A stretch of DNA of 64,000 nt, from the NCBI GenBank assembly GCA_013265495.1, contig MU058226.1, positions 768,741 through 832,740 on the forward strand. The letters run 5' to 3'. The stretch comes from Vicugna vicugna. Lineage: Eukaryota. The translations under genes were made by a program, and so were the position numbers. Below the pieces are notes generated by a model. It searched no databases. It had not been told where the DNA came from and worked only from the letters and a program-made list of their open reading frames with translations. This document shows positions 51,939 to 64,000 of this stretch, piece after piece. Numbering within the stretch: the first letter of the stretch is position 1; each line of letters starts with the position of its first letter.

Positions 51939-52514
51939 TAAAATCGTATTAAGTGATGATATTAAATCACCATGTTAAATCTGTGCATCAAATGCAGGAT
52001 TGGTCAGAAAGCAGCTGAGGGGTCTCTGTCCATGGCCCTGTAGTTGGCCCTGTGCTGCCATGAGGATGGAGGAGGCAGGGGTGCTGAAGAAACAATCCCA
52101 GCCCCTAGGAATTTCACTTGCTGTTTGGAGGCATCAAGTTCTTAGTAAAAGTAGCTTCAAGCCAGAAGACCTGGGTTCATGTCACAGCTGAGCTCTTGCT
52201 AGCTGAATCATCCGAGGGGTAGCCCACTTACCCCTCCAAGCCCCTTAGTTCCTTCAACTGTGGGATGGACAGGACAGGGAACTTAGGATCAAGTGATGCA
52301 GTGTGTGAGAAAAATAGACTTAAAAGGAGTATCCTCCTTCCACCAGTATCTACTGTGGGCCTATTACTGCCCAAACATTCAGGATATAAAGACAAAGAAG
52401 ACAATAGGAGCAGGCCAGGCTCCTGCCCTCGGGAAGTCCCTCCAGTTGCTGTTGTCATTGATGACTGTTGAATCAACGGGGCCACTCATAAGAAGCAAAT
52501 GAAGAGCTCCGACA

Positions 52515-53008
52515 GAGGGTGGAAGATTGTATTTTCCAAAGATGGATGCCCCTTCCTCCATGCTCTTCTTGTCCCGTGACTGACACTCCAGGGTGAAATC
52601 ATGTTCCCTCCCCTTGAGTCTGGGTGGGGCTGTGGCTGCCGTGACCAATGGGGTATGGATAAAGCAACGCAGATTATGGAAAGAATACAGCTCCTGCCTG
52701 GTTCTTTCCCTCAGTAACCCAGCCACCATGCAAGAGAAGCCCAATCTAGACCAAGGGAGAAGAACTGAGACCCCCAGCATCCATGGCCAGACACATGAAC
52801 GAGGCATGCTGCAGAAGGACGATTCTAGTCTCCAGCTTTTGAATCTTCCAGCTTCGACCCCAGACATTATGGAGTAGAGACTAGCCATCTGCTTCCCCAA
52901 TGCACTGCACCCAAATTTTCGACCCACAGAACCCATGAACATAACAAAGGTGTTTCATGCCCGCTAAGTCTTGGAGTATTCCTTTAGGCAACATTAGATA
53001 GCCAGAAC
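52515..53008 (+). mobile_element. MLT1H-like MaLR LTR
   Basis: agattgtattttccaaagatgg start; ctaagtcttggagt..atagccagaac end; accounts for ORF 52379-52942. Confidence 0.75.
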
Positions 53009-53599
53009 TTAGAGTAATTTTAGAACAAGCAGGAATGAAAGCAAAAGGTGCCCTAGAGGAGTTGAGTTAGTCTGAATGGAATGGCAGTAAATGTGGAAAG
53101 CATTACCAGCCCTGGCCATGTGGTTTCTAACCCTGTCCTGCTGTGAAACTGTTCCCCCAACGCCACTAACAACCTCCCAAATGACCAAAGACAAAAGCAT
53201 CTCAACCTGTTCTCTATATTCATTCCCCTTCAACTTCTTCCCTTGACTTCTGGTCTTAATATAAATTCCACTACCACAAGGACATGCTTCTCCACTGATG
53301 TCTGCTTTGCTTTATTCATTGGTTCCTCTTCTCCCTCCCCCCCTCCCACTATGCTGTGACCAACTTACTTTCCAAAGGCTTGCTGTCTATACATGGCCCT
53401 CAGAGAGCTCATCCTTTCTTGTTGAAACTATAACTTGTATGCCGGGGTCTCCTACGCTAGTATCTACATAACTAGTCTGATTCATCAACACGAACTCCTA
53501 TCTTGCATCTCCCAGTTTCCCATTAGTCACATGCCAATACCTTATTTCTTTGCCACCTAGAACTCAACACACCCCAAAGAGTCCCACTATAATGGATGC

Positions 53600-53992
53600 T
53601 GTCTAGTTTTCACCCAAATCCTTTTTATCAGTTGGTCTACTCATCCCCCAGCTGCCGGAGATGTTGTCTGATAACCACAAACAGCTGTTCCCTTTTCTGG
53701 AGAACTGGCCTAGACCAAATGGGAGACAAGTCATCCTCCATTCCACACACTTTGGACAGACCTTGGCCAATGACTGCCTGATGCAGGGCTGCAAAACACC
53801 AGCCCCCTTGGATGGTGAAGGAGTGGACTCTGGTATGATTTGTGCTGAGATTCTCCCTGAGGACCCAGATTACAGCTTAGGTTCTTCCCCTTTGCCATCC
53901 TGTTTCCCTTACCCTCCTTCTCCTCCTCACATCAGTCCCTCGGACAAAAGTTCCATGCCAGGCTCTGCCTCTCAGTGACCCAACCTAAAACA
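53600..53992 (+). mobile_element. ERVL LTR (LTR16-like) within L2 sequence
   Basis: Ends aggctctgcctctcagtgacccaacctaaaaca. Confidence 0.6.
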
Positions 53993-54549
53993 CCTCTCAA
54001 GGCAGGTTCATTCTGTTTACCTGTCTCTCGCTCGCCCCACCCTGAAACTCCCTATCACGTCAACCATCAATCCTAACGTACTTTCTAGCAAAGGCCTCTC
54101 AGATTTATTTCTTCCTCCTCATTCCCATGGCCCCTACATAATCACTTCACACCTGGATTGTGAAATCAGTCTCCTCTCCTGACCTCCCTGCTGTTTCCTG
54201 TTTTTCCTCCCACCTCCAACAGGACTAGCACATAAATGCCAGATTAAAATCTCTTAAATGCCTTTGATCATACAGCTCCCTTACCCAAAGCTCAGTGCCT
54301 CCCATTTCTAATAGCACAAGATAAAGATTCCTTTGTCTGCTTTCCTGGACCCTCACTGAGATCTGGCCTCCACCTTATTTATTCAACATCATTTCCCAGT
54401 ATCTCTAATTTTCTCTTCCAGCCAGCCCCTTCAAAGTTCCACAAACCACATTCATTCCCATCACACCAACCCCACTTCCCCTCTCTCCTGTACTTTCCTA
54501 AATCCTGCCCATCAAGGGAGGGACTGCCAGCTGTCTCCCAGTAGCCACC

Positions 54550-54989
54550 TGTAGGGTCAGGCCACTCAAGATGGCTGTTCTGCTCTCTGTACATTCCCCC
54601 CACTGCTCGACCAGTGCCTGCATCACCTACACCCTACTTGTATGATTGACTTTCCTACATACTTGTCACAGACCCAGTAGTGATTGTTCTTATCAAAGGG
54701 ACAGTAAGGGGTGTGCCCCTCTGCTGGTTTCCCTGGTAACCAATGAGCCAACCTGATGTCAATTTTCCCTATAACTCCTAACCTTCCCCTGACCTGGAGA
54801 GCAAAGCCAGCCTGACACCATGATCTGTCCTCTGTCAGCCACACACGATGAGGAAACACTCTAGGACCTCGCTTCAGACATGTAAGATTCCGCCTCCATC
54901 AAACCACTGATGTTTCTGTTGCTGAATCCGGGCTCTTCGGTCTTGAGACTGAGCAAATACAGGGCTTGTGGGCCTCAGGGTACAGCCCA
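54550..54989 (+). mobile_element. ERV solo LTR, family not recognised
   Basis: TG..CA ends with exact 4-bp TSD CACC (54546-54549 and 54990-54993); strand tentative. Confidence 0.65.
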
Positions 54990-55419
54990 CACCGCCCTTC
55001 CCTTCTTAACAGTTTCCAGCTGGGCACATTGCTGCCTATAGTAAATGACACAAGCCTCCTTTGCAGCTGGAAATGGTTAAATGACTTCACTTCATCCTAT
55101 TTCATATAAGCACAACTGCTGTGTATTACTTCTGTCAATGGACTGACAGGAAGGGATGTGTTTCTTTGTCCTTCTCTGTCCTACTAGCTGGAGTGTGGAG
55201 CCTGGGCAACCATCTTAGATGATGACGTGAAAAACCAGGTATTGAGGACATGAGACGACCAAGGAGAGCTTCCAGCCAAGCCTGATACACTGATCTCGAG
55301 CTAGACTTTGTTTCTGTCAGAGAGGATGAACATAGAGCTGGTAAACCACTGTCACTCACAGCTGAATCAAATCCTAACTGACACACATACTCAGCTTTTC
55401 TCAGGTAGCCATAACCAGC

Positions 55420-55702
55420 TTCTGTGGCTTGAAGCCAAAGAAATCCAAATGCCGAGGAATAAAGATAGAAGCTTTAGAAAAATTAAAGGAAGCTGAGCAA
55501 AGTGCACAGGGCTTTAGAAAGACATTTCTAAATCACTGCTGGCACGGAAGTGGCTACAATTACATAAGGAGAGCCGGCAAGCCCAGTCAAAATGCAGGGC
55601 TGAATTTTCATGGATTGTATGCTGCAGGAATTATGGGCAGAGCTGACCTTATATAACTGAGTGTTAAGTAAGGTGGTGGAGCTGTACCATGGTTCTGCTC
55701 AC
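55420..55702 (+). repeat. Diverged direct repeat, copy 1
   Basis: Colinear with 56621-56900. Confidence 0.9.
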
Positions 55703-55731
55703 CTTTTGTGAAGGAAAGAAAGGAGTGGACG

Positions 55732-55943
55732 CAGTGCTGTGCTGAGAAACGTTTAACCACTGCCTGGCGGCTGGAGGGAGTCTAATTAGCTGCATTTCCA
55801 ATGTCCGGGGTGTAAATATTCTTATCAAGGTCAACTTCAAGCTACCAATGTTAAGTCAACTGGCTCACAAAATTTCCGAAAATATCACGATGGGCTCTTG
55901 TGAGCTGGTTTGAACTGGTGCAAGCCGCCTCCAACACACCCTG
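55732..55943 (-). mobile_element. MER63-like hAT MITE
   Basis: TIRs cagtgctgtgctg and ccaacacaccctg; similar to 33911-34124. Confidence 0.75.
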
Positions 55944-56620
55944 GGGAAGGGCTGAGAAGGCAATGAGGTAATGAACCTTACAAGGCACCAGGCAACATGT
56001 AAGAGGCATTTTGCAAACATTATCTTTCTTAATCCTTACACTCACCTCTGAGAAGTAAGGCCAAACTTCCCCATCAATAAATCCTTCTGGGGAAGATTCC
56101 AATACAGGTAGATTTATTTTCGTATTTCTCGTCCACAACCTTGGAAGGTATGTTGGTCATTCCTGTTACGGATAATTAGAAAAAGCAGGGAATGGAGGTT
56201 AGGAAGAGAAAATGGTGTATCTCAGATATTTTCTGGGTTTTGACCATCCAGCAACCACTATTTCCTCCTCCTCTGATAATAGCCTTTGGATTCCTTGGGG
56301 AACTATCTAACCTGCGTGCAGCTCTTTTGAGCTGACACTTAAGGTATCCTTTCTTCTTCTGGGCCCTGCCTAAACCAGATTAATCAGACTCTCTCTGCTG
56401 GGGCTTTGAATGATAAATGTGAGTGTGAGGGACGGGAAAAAATGTGTTGTCATTCATTTTTTCAGCAGGTAGTGAGAGTAGGACTTGAATCCCGCTAGAG
56501 TCTCCGGGAGCTGCTCTGGTGCCTATGTTCCCTGAGCCTAGCTGTCTAGCCTTCCTTTGATTCTGTGAGCTATCTAGTATCCTCCCTTCATTCAACTTGT
56601 CTAAGCTAGCTGTAATGGGT

Positions 56621-56900
56621 TTCTGTGCCTTTAAACCAAAGAAATCCAAAAAGGAAGAAGGTAGAGGCTTTAGAAAAATTAAAGGAAGCTGAGGCAAAGT
56701 GCACAGGACTCTAGAAAGACATTTCTAAATCACTACTGGCAGGGAAATGGCAACGATTATGCAAGAAGCAGCTAGGCAAGCCCAGCCAAAATGCAGGGCT
56801 AGATTGTCATACATTGTACACCGCAGGAATTGTGAGCAGAGCTGACCTAGTATAACCCTGAGGGTTAATAAGGTGTTTGAGCTGAACCATCGGATGCTCA
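56621..56900 (+). repeat. Diverged direct repeat, copy 2
   Basis: Shares gctttagaaaaattaaaggaagctgag, tagaaagacatttctaaatcact, caaaatgcagggct and cagagctgacct with copy 1. Confidence 0.9.
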
Positions 56901-57101
56901 TCACAGGGTAATTAAGGAAAGGCAACTAAAAACATTTCATATCTAAAGTATCCAAGTTACTCTGTGTTTCTAGAAATGTTCTGAAACATATGGGAGTAAT
57001 TTTTTTTAATATGTTAATCATTTGGGTGGAGGACTCTTGGTCAGCATTTTATCTTCTAGAAAGTAAGATAAATTTACAATTATGTCATTTAAAACTATTA
57101 G

Positions 57102-57261
57102 TGGGAGGAGGGTATAGCTCAGTGGTAGAGTGTTTGCATGAGGTCCTGGGTTCAATCCCCAGTACCTCCATTAAAAATAAATAAGTAAATAAACCTAATT
57201 ACCTCCCCCCTCCAAAAATAAAAAAAATTAATTAAAAAGACACTTTCATTTGGGGGAAAAG
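57102..57261 (+). mobile_element. Camelid SINE (vic-1 type), long form
   Basis: Family consensus; TSD aaaactattag. Confidence 0.9.
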
Positions 57262-58140
57262 AAAAACTATTAGCAATGGAGAGTCTGGTAGGTTTCTAGA
57301 AGAGAAGCCAGGAGTTGTATTTGGGTTTATGTGACTGATGGGCATTTCTGTTAGTTCTGTGCTTCAACCAAAATTTTCCCCATCACCTCTTCCTGCACTG
57401 ATCACACTCTGCTCTGAATTCCTAGGGTGCTTACTTTCTGTCTCAACATTCCATTCATTTGACATTCAACACTGTGATCTGCTGGGTCTTCATATGAGGA
57501 AAAGTACTTGTTAAGTGCTAATACACCAAACAATTGTTAGTTATGTATGGGCACATGTTAGTGTGTTCAAGTATATGATATATTCATGTAAGTATATAGT
57601 ATACATATATGTGTGTTTATTATGTACAGTTATAGTCACATACCTATTATATATTTGTCTCTTAGTTTCCCTTAACTAGGTTGTAGACTTCTTGAGGCTC
57701 ATTTATCCATTTTTCTGCCTTCCACTGTTCAGAGTTGGAACACTTTTGACAGTCAATCTACTGATGATTTGAGTGCAGGGACAAGGCTCTCCCATCTCCC
57801 AAGTCTGTGGCAAAGTGCCCTGGATCAGTTTGTTTTGTGTGGCCTAGGACAGAAAAAAAATCAATGCTTTAGTTCTGCCTCCAGCCTCTTGTCTTCCTTT
57901 TCGCAGAAGTTTGGGTCATGGTTGTGATCAGAGACGTGTTTCCCTTTTTCAATGGTAGATTTCTGAAGAAGTGGTTTCTCATACTGACCTCTGCATGGGC
58001 AGTATGAGACATCATCTAACAAGAACTAACTGATCTTGACTATTGTAAAAGTGTTGAGAGCAAATGAAAGCCATCAGCCTATGATGAATTTTTTCACAGT
58101 GCAGCATTTCTCCTTCTCTCACCCCAACCACCAGCTAGCC

Positions 58141-58345
58141 CAGTGCTGTCCAATAGAACTTTCTGTGATGATGGAAAGTGGACTGAATCTGTGCTTTCCA
58201 ATATGGTGATTAACCCCTGACCACCTGTGGTTACTGTACACTTGAAATGTGGCTCATGCAAATGAGGAACTGAAGCTTACCTTTTGTGTAATTTTAACTA
58301 ATTAAAATTTAAATAGCCACATGCTCCCGTATGGAGCAACACAGA
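58141..58345 (+). mobile_element. MER3 hAT-Charlie MITE
   Basis: gctgtccaatagaactttctgtgatgatggaaa..cacttgaaatgtggct..tttaaatagccacatg. Confidence 0.85.
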
Positions 58346-58569
58346 GCTAAATTAAGAGAATCTGGGTCTTTTTATTCATGCATTCATTCATCACTCAACC
58401 AAAATCTATTGAGTACCTAATATACGTTAGGCACAGTACTCAGCCCTGATAGGGGGCTCAATGACTAGTCTCTCGCAAATCCCAGACTCCTAATTTATCC
58501 CTCCCTAACCCCTTTACTAACCGTAGGCTTGTTTTCTATGTCTGTGAGTCTGTTTCTGTAACAAATGAT

Positions 58570-58702
58570 TTAAAAAAAAAAATTTGTGGGGGGAGGAGGT
58601 AGTTAGGTTTATTTATTTATTTAATGGAGGTACTGGGGATTGAATCCGGGACCTCGTATGTGCTAAACATGTGCTCTACCACCGAGCTATACCCTCCCCC
58701 CA
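58570..58702 (-). mobile_element. Camelid SINE (vic-1 type), long form
   Basis: Family consensus on minus strand; TSD taacaaat. Confidence 0.92.
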
Positions 58703-59477
58703 TAACAAATAACCTTTTGAGATGACCTCAAGACCTTTATGTGTCTTCTGTTTCCACCACATACTCTTGAGAAAATTAGCTGGAGGAGATTTCTTAGGCA
58801 AGGTTCACCCTGCAGATGTCCTTACCTCCCTGACTTCCCCTGCTGGATTAGGATCCTTGTCTGAGCTAGAGACAGCTCCCAAGGGCTGGCAAGAGGCCAA
58901 AGATATGACCTGAGGTGAGAATGCATGACTGGGCTGCCCAGCAAGATTATTCTACCCTGGGGCATGTGTGCGTAACCCATTCAGAATTTGAAAGTGAGAC
59001 CCAAGTGAGGACACAAACATCAGAGCAGTGTAAAACCCCAAAGACACAAAGAGCTAGGGCAGTGAGCTGAATGATAACATTAATAATGAGGATTGTTGAG
59101 AGGCAGGAAAGCATACAGGTTGGTGGCTCTTTCTCTGGAGCCAAACTTCCTGGAATTCAATCCCAGCTCTACCCCATGCTGCCGTGCAAAGCTTCTCTGC
59201 TGTCTCCTTACCCGTGAGATGATGTTGTAAAGGCCCTCCCTCTTCTCAGAGACTTACCACGAAAAGTAAATTAATTAGAACATAAAAATGAATCCAAATG
59301 AGCTGGCTCCAGGGTCCACTCTATGACCAATGCGGAGTGCTGCTGGATTTTAGAATGAGGCAAAGGGTTCAAATCTAACTACTACTATGTAATCTTGAGA
59401 AAGGGAGCTGCCTCGTGGAACCTCTCATTCTCCTTATCCGTAAAATGAGGATACAGACAATGATAATAGTGGGGGTT

Positions 59478-60209
59478 TTATATATGAAATAGATAACCAA
59501 CAAGAATGTGCTGTATAGAACAGGAACTATACTCAGTATCTTTTTTTCTTAATTTTGTTTTTTGTTGATGTGTAGTTGATTTACAATGTTAGATTCAAGT
59601 GTACAGCAAAGCAATTCAATTATACATATACATGCATATGTATATATATTTTTCAGGTTCTTTTCCATTATAGATTATTATAAGAAATTGAAATCTAGAA
59701 AAAGAAAGGCACAAATTAACTTATTTACAAAACAGAAGCAGACTCACAGACATAAAGAACAAACTTATGGTTACCAAGAGGGAAAGGGGTTGGGAAGGGA
59801 TAAATTGGGAGTCTGAGATTTGCAAATACTAACTACTATATATAAAATATTTAAAGAGCAAATTTATACTGTATAGCACAGGGAGCTATATTCAATATCT
59901 TGTGGTAACCTATAATGAAAAAGAATATGAAAATGAATATATGTATGTATATGTATGACTGAAACATTATGCTGTACACCAGAAATTGACACAACATTGT
60001 AAACTGACTATACTTCAATAAAAAAGAATGCAAATTTTAAAAAATAACAAAAATAAAGAAATTGAATATAGTTCCCTGTGCTATACAGTAGGTCCTTGTC
60101 ACAGTATCTTGTAATAACCTATAATGGAAAAGAATGTGAAAAAGAACATACATATAACAAATCACTTTGCTGTACAATTGACACTAACAGAACATTGTAA
60201 ATCAACTAT
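59478..60209. mobile_element. Three nested L1 tails (+ outer, - middle, + inner)
   Basis: TSD cagtatctt (59534-59542, 60102-60110) and TSD aagaaattgaa (59682-59692, 60056-60066). Confidence 0.9.
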
Positions 60210-60419
60210 GGGTGGCCCTTGAAACTGCTGTGGACTCCTAAGGACGTGACATGCCAGTTCTTCAGGATACAGATTGCTGGATGCCAGCCCATCCCTGTCC
60301 CCTGAGGTAACCCATCTGTGAACCTGTTCTCTAACAAGGAAAACATCTTGACTTGGCAGATTCAATGTGGGAACTTACAACAGGGACGTTTTGGTGCAGC
60401 CTCCTTAAGACAGTCCTGT

Positions 60420-61040
60420 TAGACTGTAAAATGGTAAACCGCTTTGGGAAACAGCCTGGCCATTTCATATAAAGTTAAATCTATTCTGAGTTATACTAAT
60501 CCTAGATATTTACCCAAGGGAAATGAAAACACGCGTCCACAAAGAGTTCTATATGATTGTCCATGGCAGTTTTATTCATAATAGCCAAAACCAAGGGAAA
60601 AAAATGTCCATCAATGGTGAATGAATAAGCCAACTGTAGCATATTTATACAATGAAATACTATTCAGAAATCAAAAGGAAAGAGCTCCTGATTCATGCAA
60701 GAACACAGATGAATCACAGAAATATTACACTGAGCAAAAGAATCCAGACACAAAAAGAGTGCCTGCTACTATAGTTTTATTTATATGACATTCTAGAACA
60801 GGCAAAACTACAGGAACAGAAATCAGATCGGTGGTCACTAGGGGGCTCAGAGTGGAGAGAGAGTATTGACTCCAAAGGGGCATGAGGAACTTTCTGGGGC
60901 AATGGAAATATTCTACATCATGATTATGGTGGCATTTATAGAACTACATGAGTTTGTCCAACTTCATCAAACTGTACTCCTTAAAAGGATGGGTTTTACC
61001 GTATATAAGCTATACTTCAATATTACCTGGCTTTAAAAAT
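60420..61040 (+). mobile_element. Old L1 (L1MC/ME-like) 3' fragment
   Basis: atttacccaagggaaatgaaaaca, ttattcataatagccaaaa, ttctagaacaggcaaaacta. Confidence 0.85.
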
Positions 61041-61195
61041 ATATATAATAACACCAAGCACTGACAGGATGAGCACATCCCACAGGGATGGGTTGAGAAT
61101 ATCCAATTTATACATTTCTTACTGATCTTCTCCTCCTCCTCCTCTTCCACCTCCTCTTCCTCCTCCTCTTACTCCTTCTTTAGTTCACTTCTCCC

Positions 61196-61470
61196 TTTTT
61201 TTTAATTGAAGTGTAGTTGATTTACGATGTTGTGTTTGTTTCTGGTGAACAGACATAGTGATTCAGTTATACATACATATGTTCTGTTTGGGGGAGGAAG
61301 GTAATTAGGTTTGTTTATTCTTTTTTTTAATGGAGGTACTGGGGACTGAACCAAGGACCTCATGTATGCTAAGCACACACTCTATCACTGAGCTATACCC
61401 TACCCTCCTCATGTTCTTTTTCATATTCTTTTTCATCATAGGTTATTACAAGCTGTTGAATATAGTTCCT
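61196..61470 (-). mobile_element. L1 tail containing a SINE
   Basis: ttttaattgaagtgtagttgattta..ttgaatatagttcct. Confidence 0.85.
61285..61408 (-). mobile_element. Camelid SINE (vic-1 type), long form
   Basis: Family consensus on minus strand; TSD atgttct. Confidence 0.9.
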
Positions 61471-64000
61471 TTGATTTTCTTTACTGACAGTAAATGCTGA
61501 CAATTTAATAACTTTGGAGGCCTTGTCAAAAGGTCCCTGGCATCAAAATGGCTGCATCATAATGCCATATGAGCTTTTAGGCAACCAGAGAGGTCAATAG
61601 ACAAATGTCTATAATATACTGTGTCTGGTGCTTCAAGAGATTTCTATACAAAGTAGATGGACTAATTCTGCATAAAGGAGTCATAGGCAGGGTTTTCCAG
61701 GAGGATGGAGAGGAAACAGCATGTGTTAATAGTCCAACGCATAAAAGTTTGGCATGAATGAGAAAAAGTACAACCCATACGCAGTGCCCTATCTCGGCGC
61801 AGGGAAAGCAATGGGGAACTTGAAAGAGAAGCCTGTAAAGTTGCCTGGATTCAGTTTAGGAAGCCACTGTCTGCCCCACTGGAGTTTGGAGGCACTAAAG
61901 CTAGTAACCCAGACACTGACTTGATCAGGTCCCTGGGGAGGCACAGAAATTGGCCTGGAGGGAATAAAGTCAGGAAGTTTCTGTGGCCCAACCTTGTGAT
62001 CATTTCTGTTGAAATAAAGTGTGCCTTTCTGGTAGCGGATTGTTCTGAATACCAAAAGTAGGTATTCTGATTGTTCTGAATACCTTAAGTAACTAGGTAA
62101 CTAGGTTATATGAGCCCTGAGGGTGGCTCACCTGCCCAGAACTTTGGGACCCTCTGTTTCTTTCCTGAGCTGGGGAACCCTGGCTCTCAAGCAACCTCAT
62201 CACTCAGGCTGCCAGGGTCAACACCAGTCACTGTGTTTGGGAGATGCAAACCCACGTAGTCAGGTCTGCAGTGGAGAAGATCATCAGTGCAAAGGGATGC
62301 ATGTTATTTTCAGCCTCCCCTTGGGAGCAATCCCTTTCCATGAGTGGGATTTCCAACCCGGGGAAACAACTGACCAATAGTCTGGAAAGAGAAACTGTCA
62401 TAAAAGGGCCAGGGCTGCCCAGAGCCGGGATGACGGTAGCATGAGGCTCAGACACTTGAGGGAATACGTGAGGTGATGGAGAGAGAACATGAGGGAAAGC
62501 AGGGCCACCATCCAGCCAGGCCCAGCTTCCTTTTTCATGAGCTCATGGTCAAAGCCAGGCCAGACCAGGAGGGTGCCAGCGATTGAGTGAGCTTGTTTTT
62601 TCCCTAACTTGGTTCTGAGTCACACAGGGCATCTATCCTTCCCAGAAAACCGCCTCAGGGCTCACCCCCTGGCAGCCGGTCAAGCTCCAGTCTTAACACG
62701 CGATCCCCACTCTGCAGGCTGGGAGTTGGAAGCAGGCCAGCCCAGAGCACCGGCCCTGCCCCTCGGCCTCGCTGGGAGGGACCTGGGCCCCTCCTAACCT
62801 TCAAAGAAAAGTGCCTATGGCCTCAGCTTTGGAAATAGGAAAGAGGCACGTCTTACTTTTGAACACACAGGGGACGCTACTGAATCACAGAGCTCCAGGG
62901 GAGGGAGGCTTATTCAAGAGCCTTTAATCTATGCCCTAGACTTTACAGATCTACTCATTCATAAATGCAGGGTGTCTGAAAAGGCAGGACAAAAGGGGAA
63001 ATACTTTATTTGTTGTACTTCCTGCTTCCCCTCCCCCATGATTCTGCTTTGAATTAAATCTCAATCATATTCTCCAGTGCTGATTGTTGGAGCTGTCTAC
63101 AGAGAGTTTCCCACATGAACAACTCTAATGTTAATTGAAGAGCCCTATGTTTCTAGTCTTTTCAGGCAGCCTGAATTGATCTAGACAAGGAAAACTGAAC
63201 AATGAGCAAGGTGGATAGAGTCCTGCCCTCAAGGAGTTATAATCTGATGGGAAGGAAACTGGCCAGAGGAAGGAGCCACTACACTGGGGTCCTAGGAAGC
63301 CAGTTTTGGCACAAGGACAGGGATTCTGGGACCTTTTCCCAGCTCCCTGCTCTCAGCAGCCTCCTGGGAAGTTAGACTGAACTGGGCTGAGCTGAGCTGA
63401 GCTACATCCAGGACAGGGGTTAACCATGTTCTTTTGTGACCTTGCTTTGGGGCTCCAGGCACCCTTGCCATAATTTTGCGTCAGGGAAAATGGCCAGAAC
63501 CTGATCTTGGCCGTCCTCAGGCCCAAATGAAAGTATTTGGGGGTCATTTATTAATTTGCTATTAAGAACTCACCACCACCATCCCGCCCCCACGCCCCAC
63601 CATGCTTCTGGCAAGAATTGTTCTGGCTAGAATGTGTGTGTATGGGGGTCAGAGGAAGGATATTGAAAATCATTAGCATTGGTTGAACAAAAACTAGGAA
63701 TGCAGAAGTCTCTGCTTCTTTGGGGAAAAGAAAAAGCCACGAAACCTGCCTGAACTGGAGAAGGAGGGAAGGGAGGATGAAAAGAGAAAGAGAAATTGTG
63801 TCTCCTGATGATCTTAGCATGTGGAGGCTGTTTCCTCATCCTGGTCGCCGACTCCCGGGTCAGTTCACTGCTGCCCACATCTGCTCCAAAGCAGCCCCTC
63901 TTCCCAGAATCGTAATAATGGCCACCGAAGAAAAGGCACCTACTTTGTGTCTATTCATATTCTTAATCTTTGCAAAGACCTTAAGGCCAATTGGCCCCCA

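Noticed and set aside
52379..52942. 187-aa minus-strand ORF
   Set aside because: Mostly the antisense strand of an MLT1H-like LTR
63374..63404. GAGCT/GGGCT pentamers like an immunoglobulin switch region
   Set aside because: Only about six units, whereas switch regions span kilobases, and no Ig exons are present

Overview
Mammalian genomic DNA, very probably from a camelid (alpaca, camel or llama), judged from 17 copies of a tRNA-derived vic-1-type SINE and young L1 tails. I found no intact protein-coding gene: the supplied ORFs are short and fall in repeats or random sequence. The window is mostly interspersed repeats (L1, L2, CR1/L3, MIR, MaLR/ERVL/ERV1 solo LTRs, hAT MITEs) with one 202-nt assembly gap. 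The recognisable gene-derived items are a decayed full-length NDUFB9 processed pseudogene (minus strand, ~37.5-38.2 kb, inserted in an L1 tail) and a retroposed U1 snRNA copy (33.56 kb). The best candidates for function are an orphan CpG-rich promoter-like element at ~39.4 kb (ETS/GABP, CRE, YY1, CCAAT) with nearby splice signals, two co-oriented CTCF motifs, a composite DR0/DR5/DR0 nuclear-receptor element and a diverged ~280-bp direct duplication. Repeat family names come from remembered consensus sequences, not from a database search, and boundaries without target-site duplications (TSDs) are approximate. I see no convincing evidence of a novel biological system.
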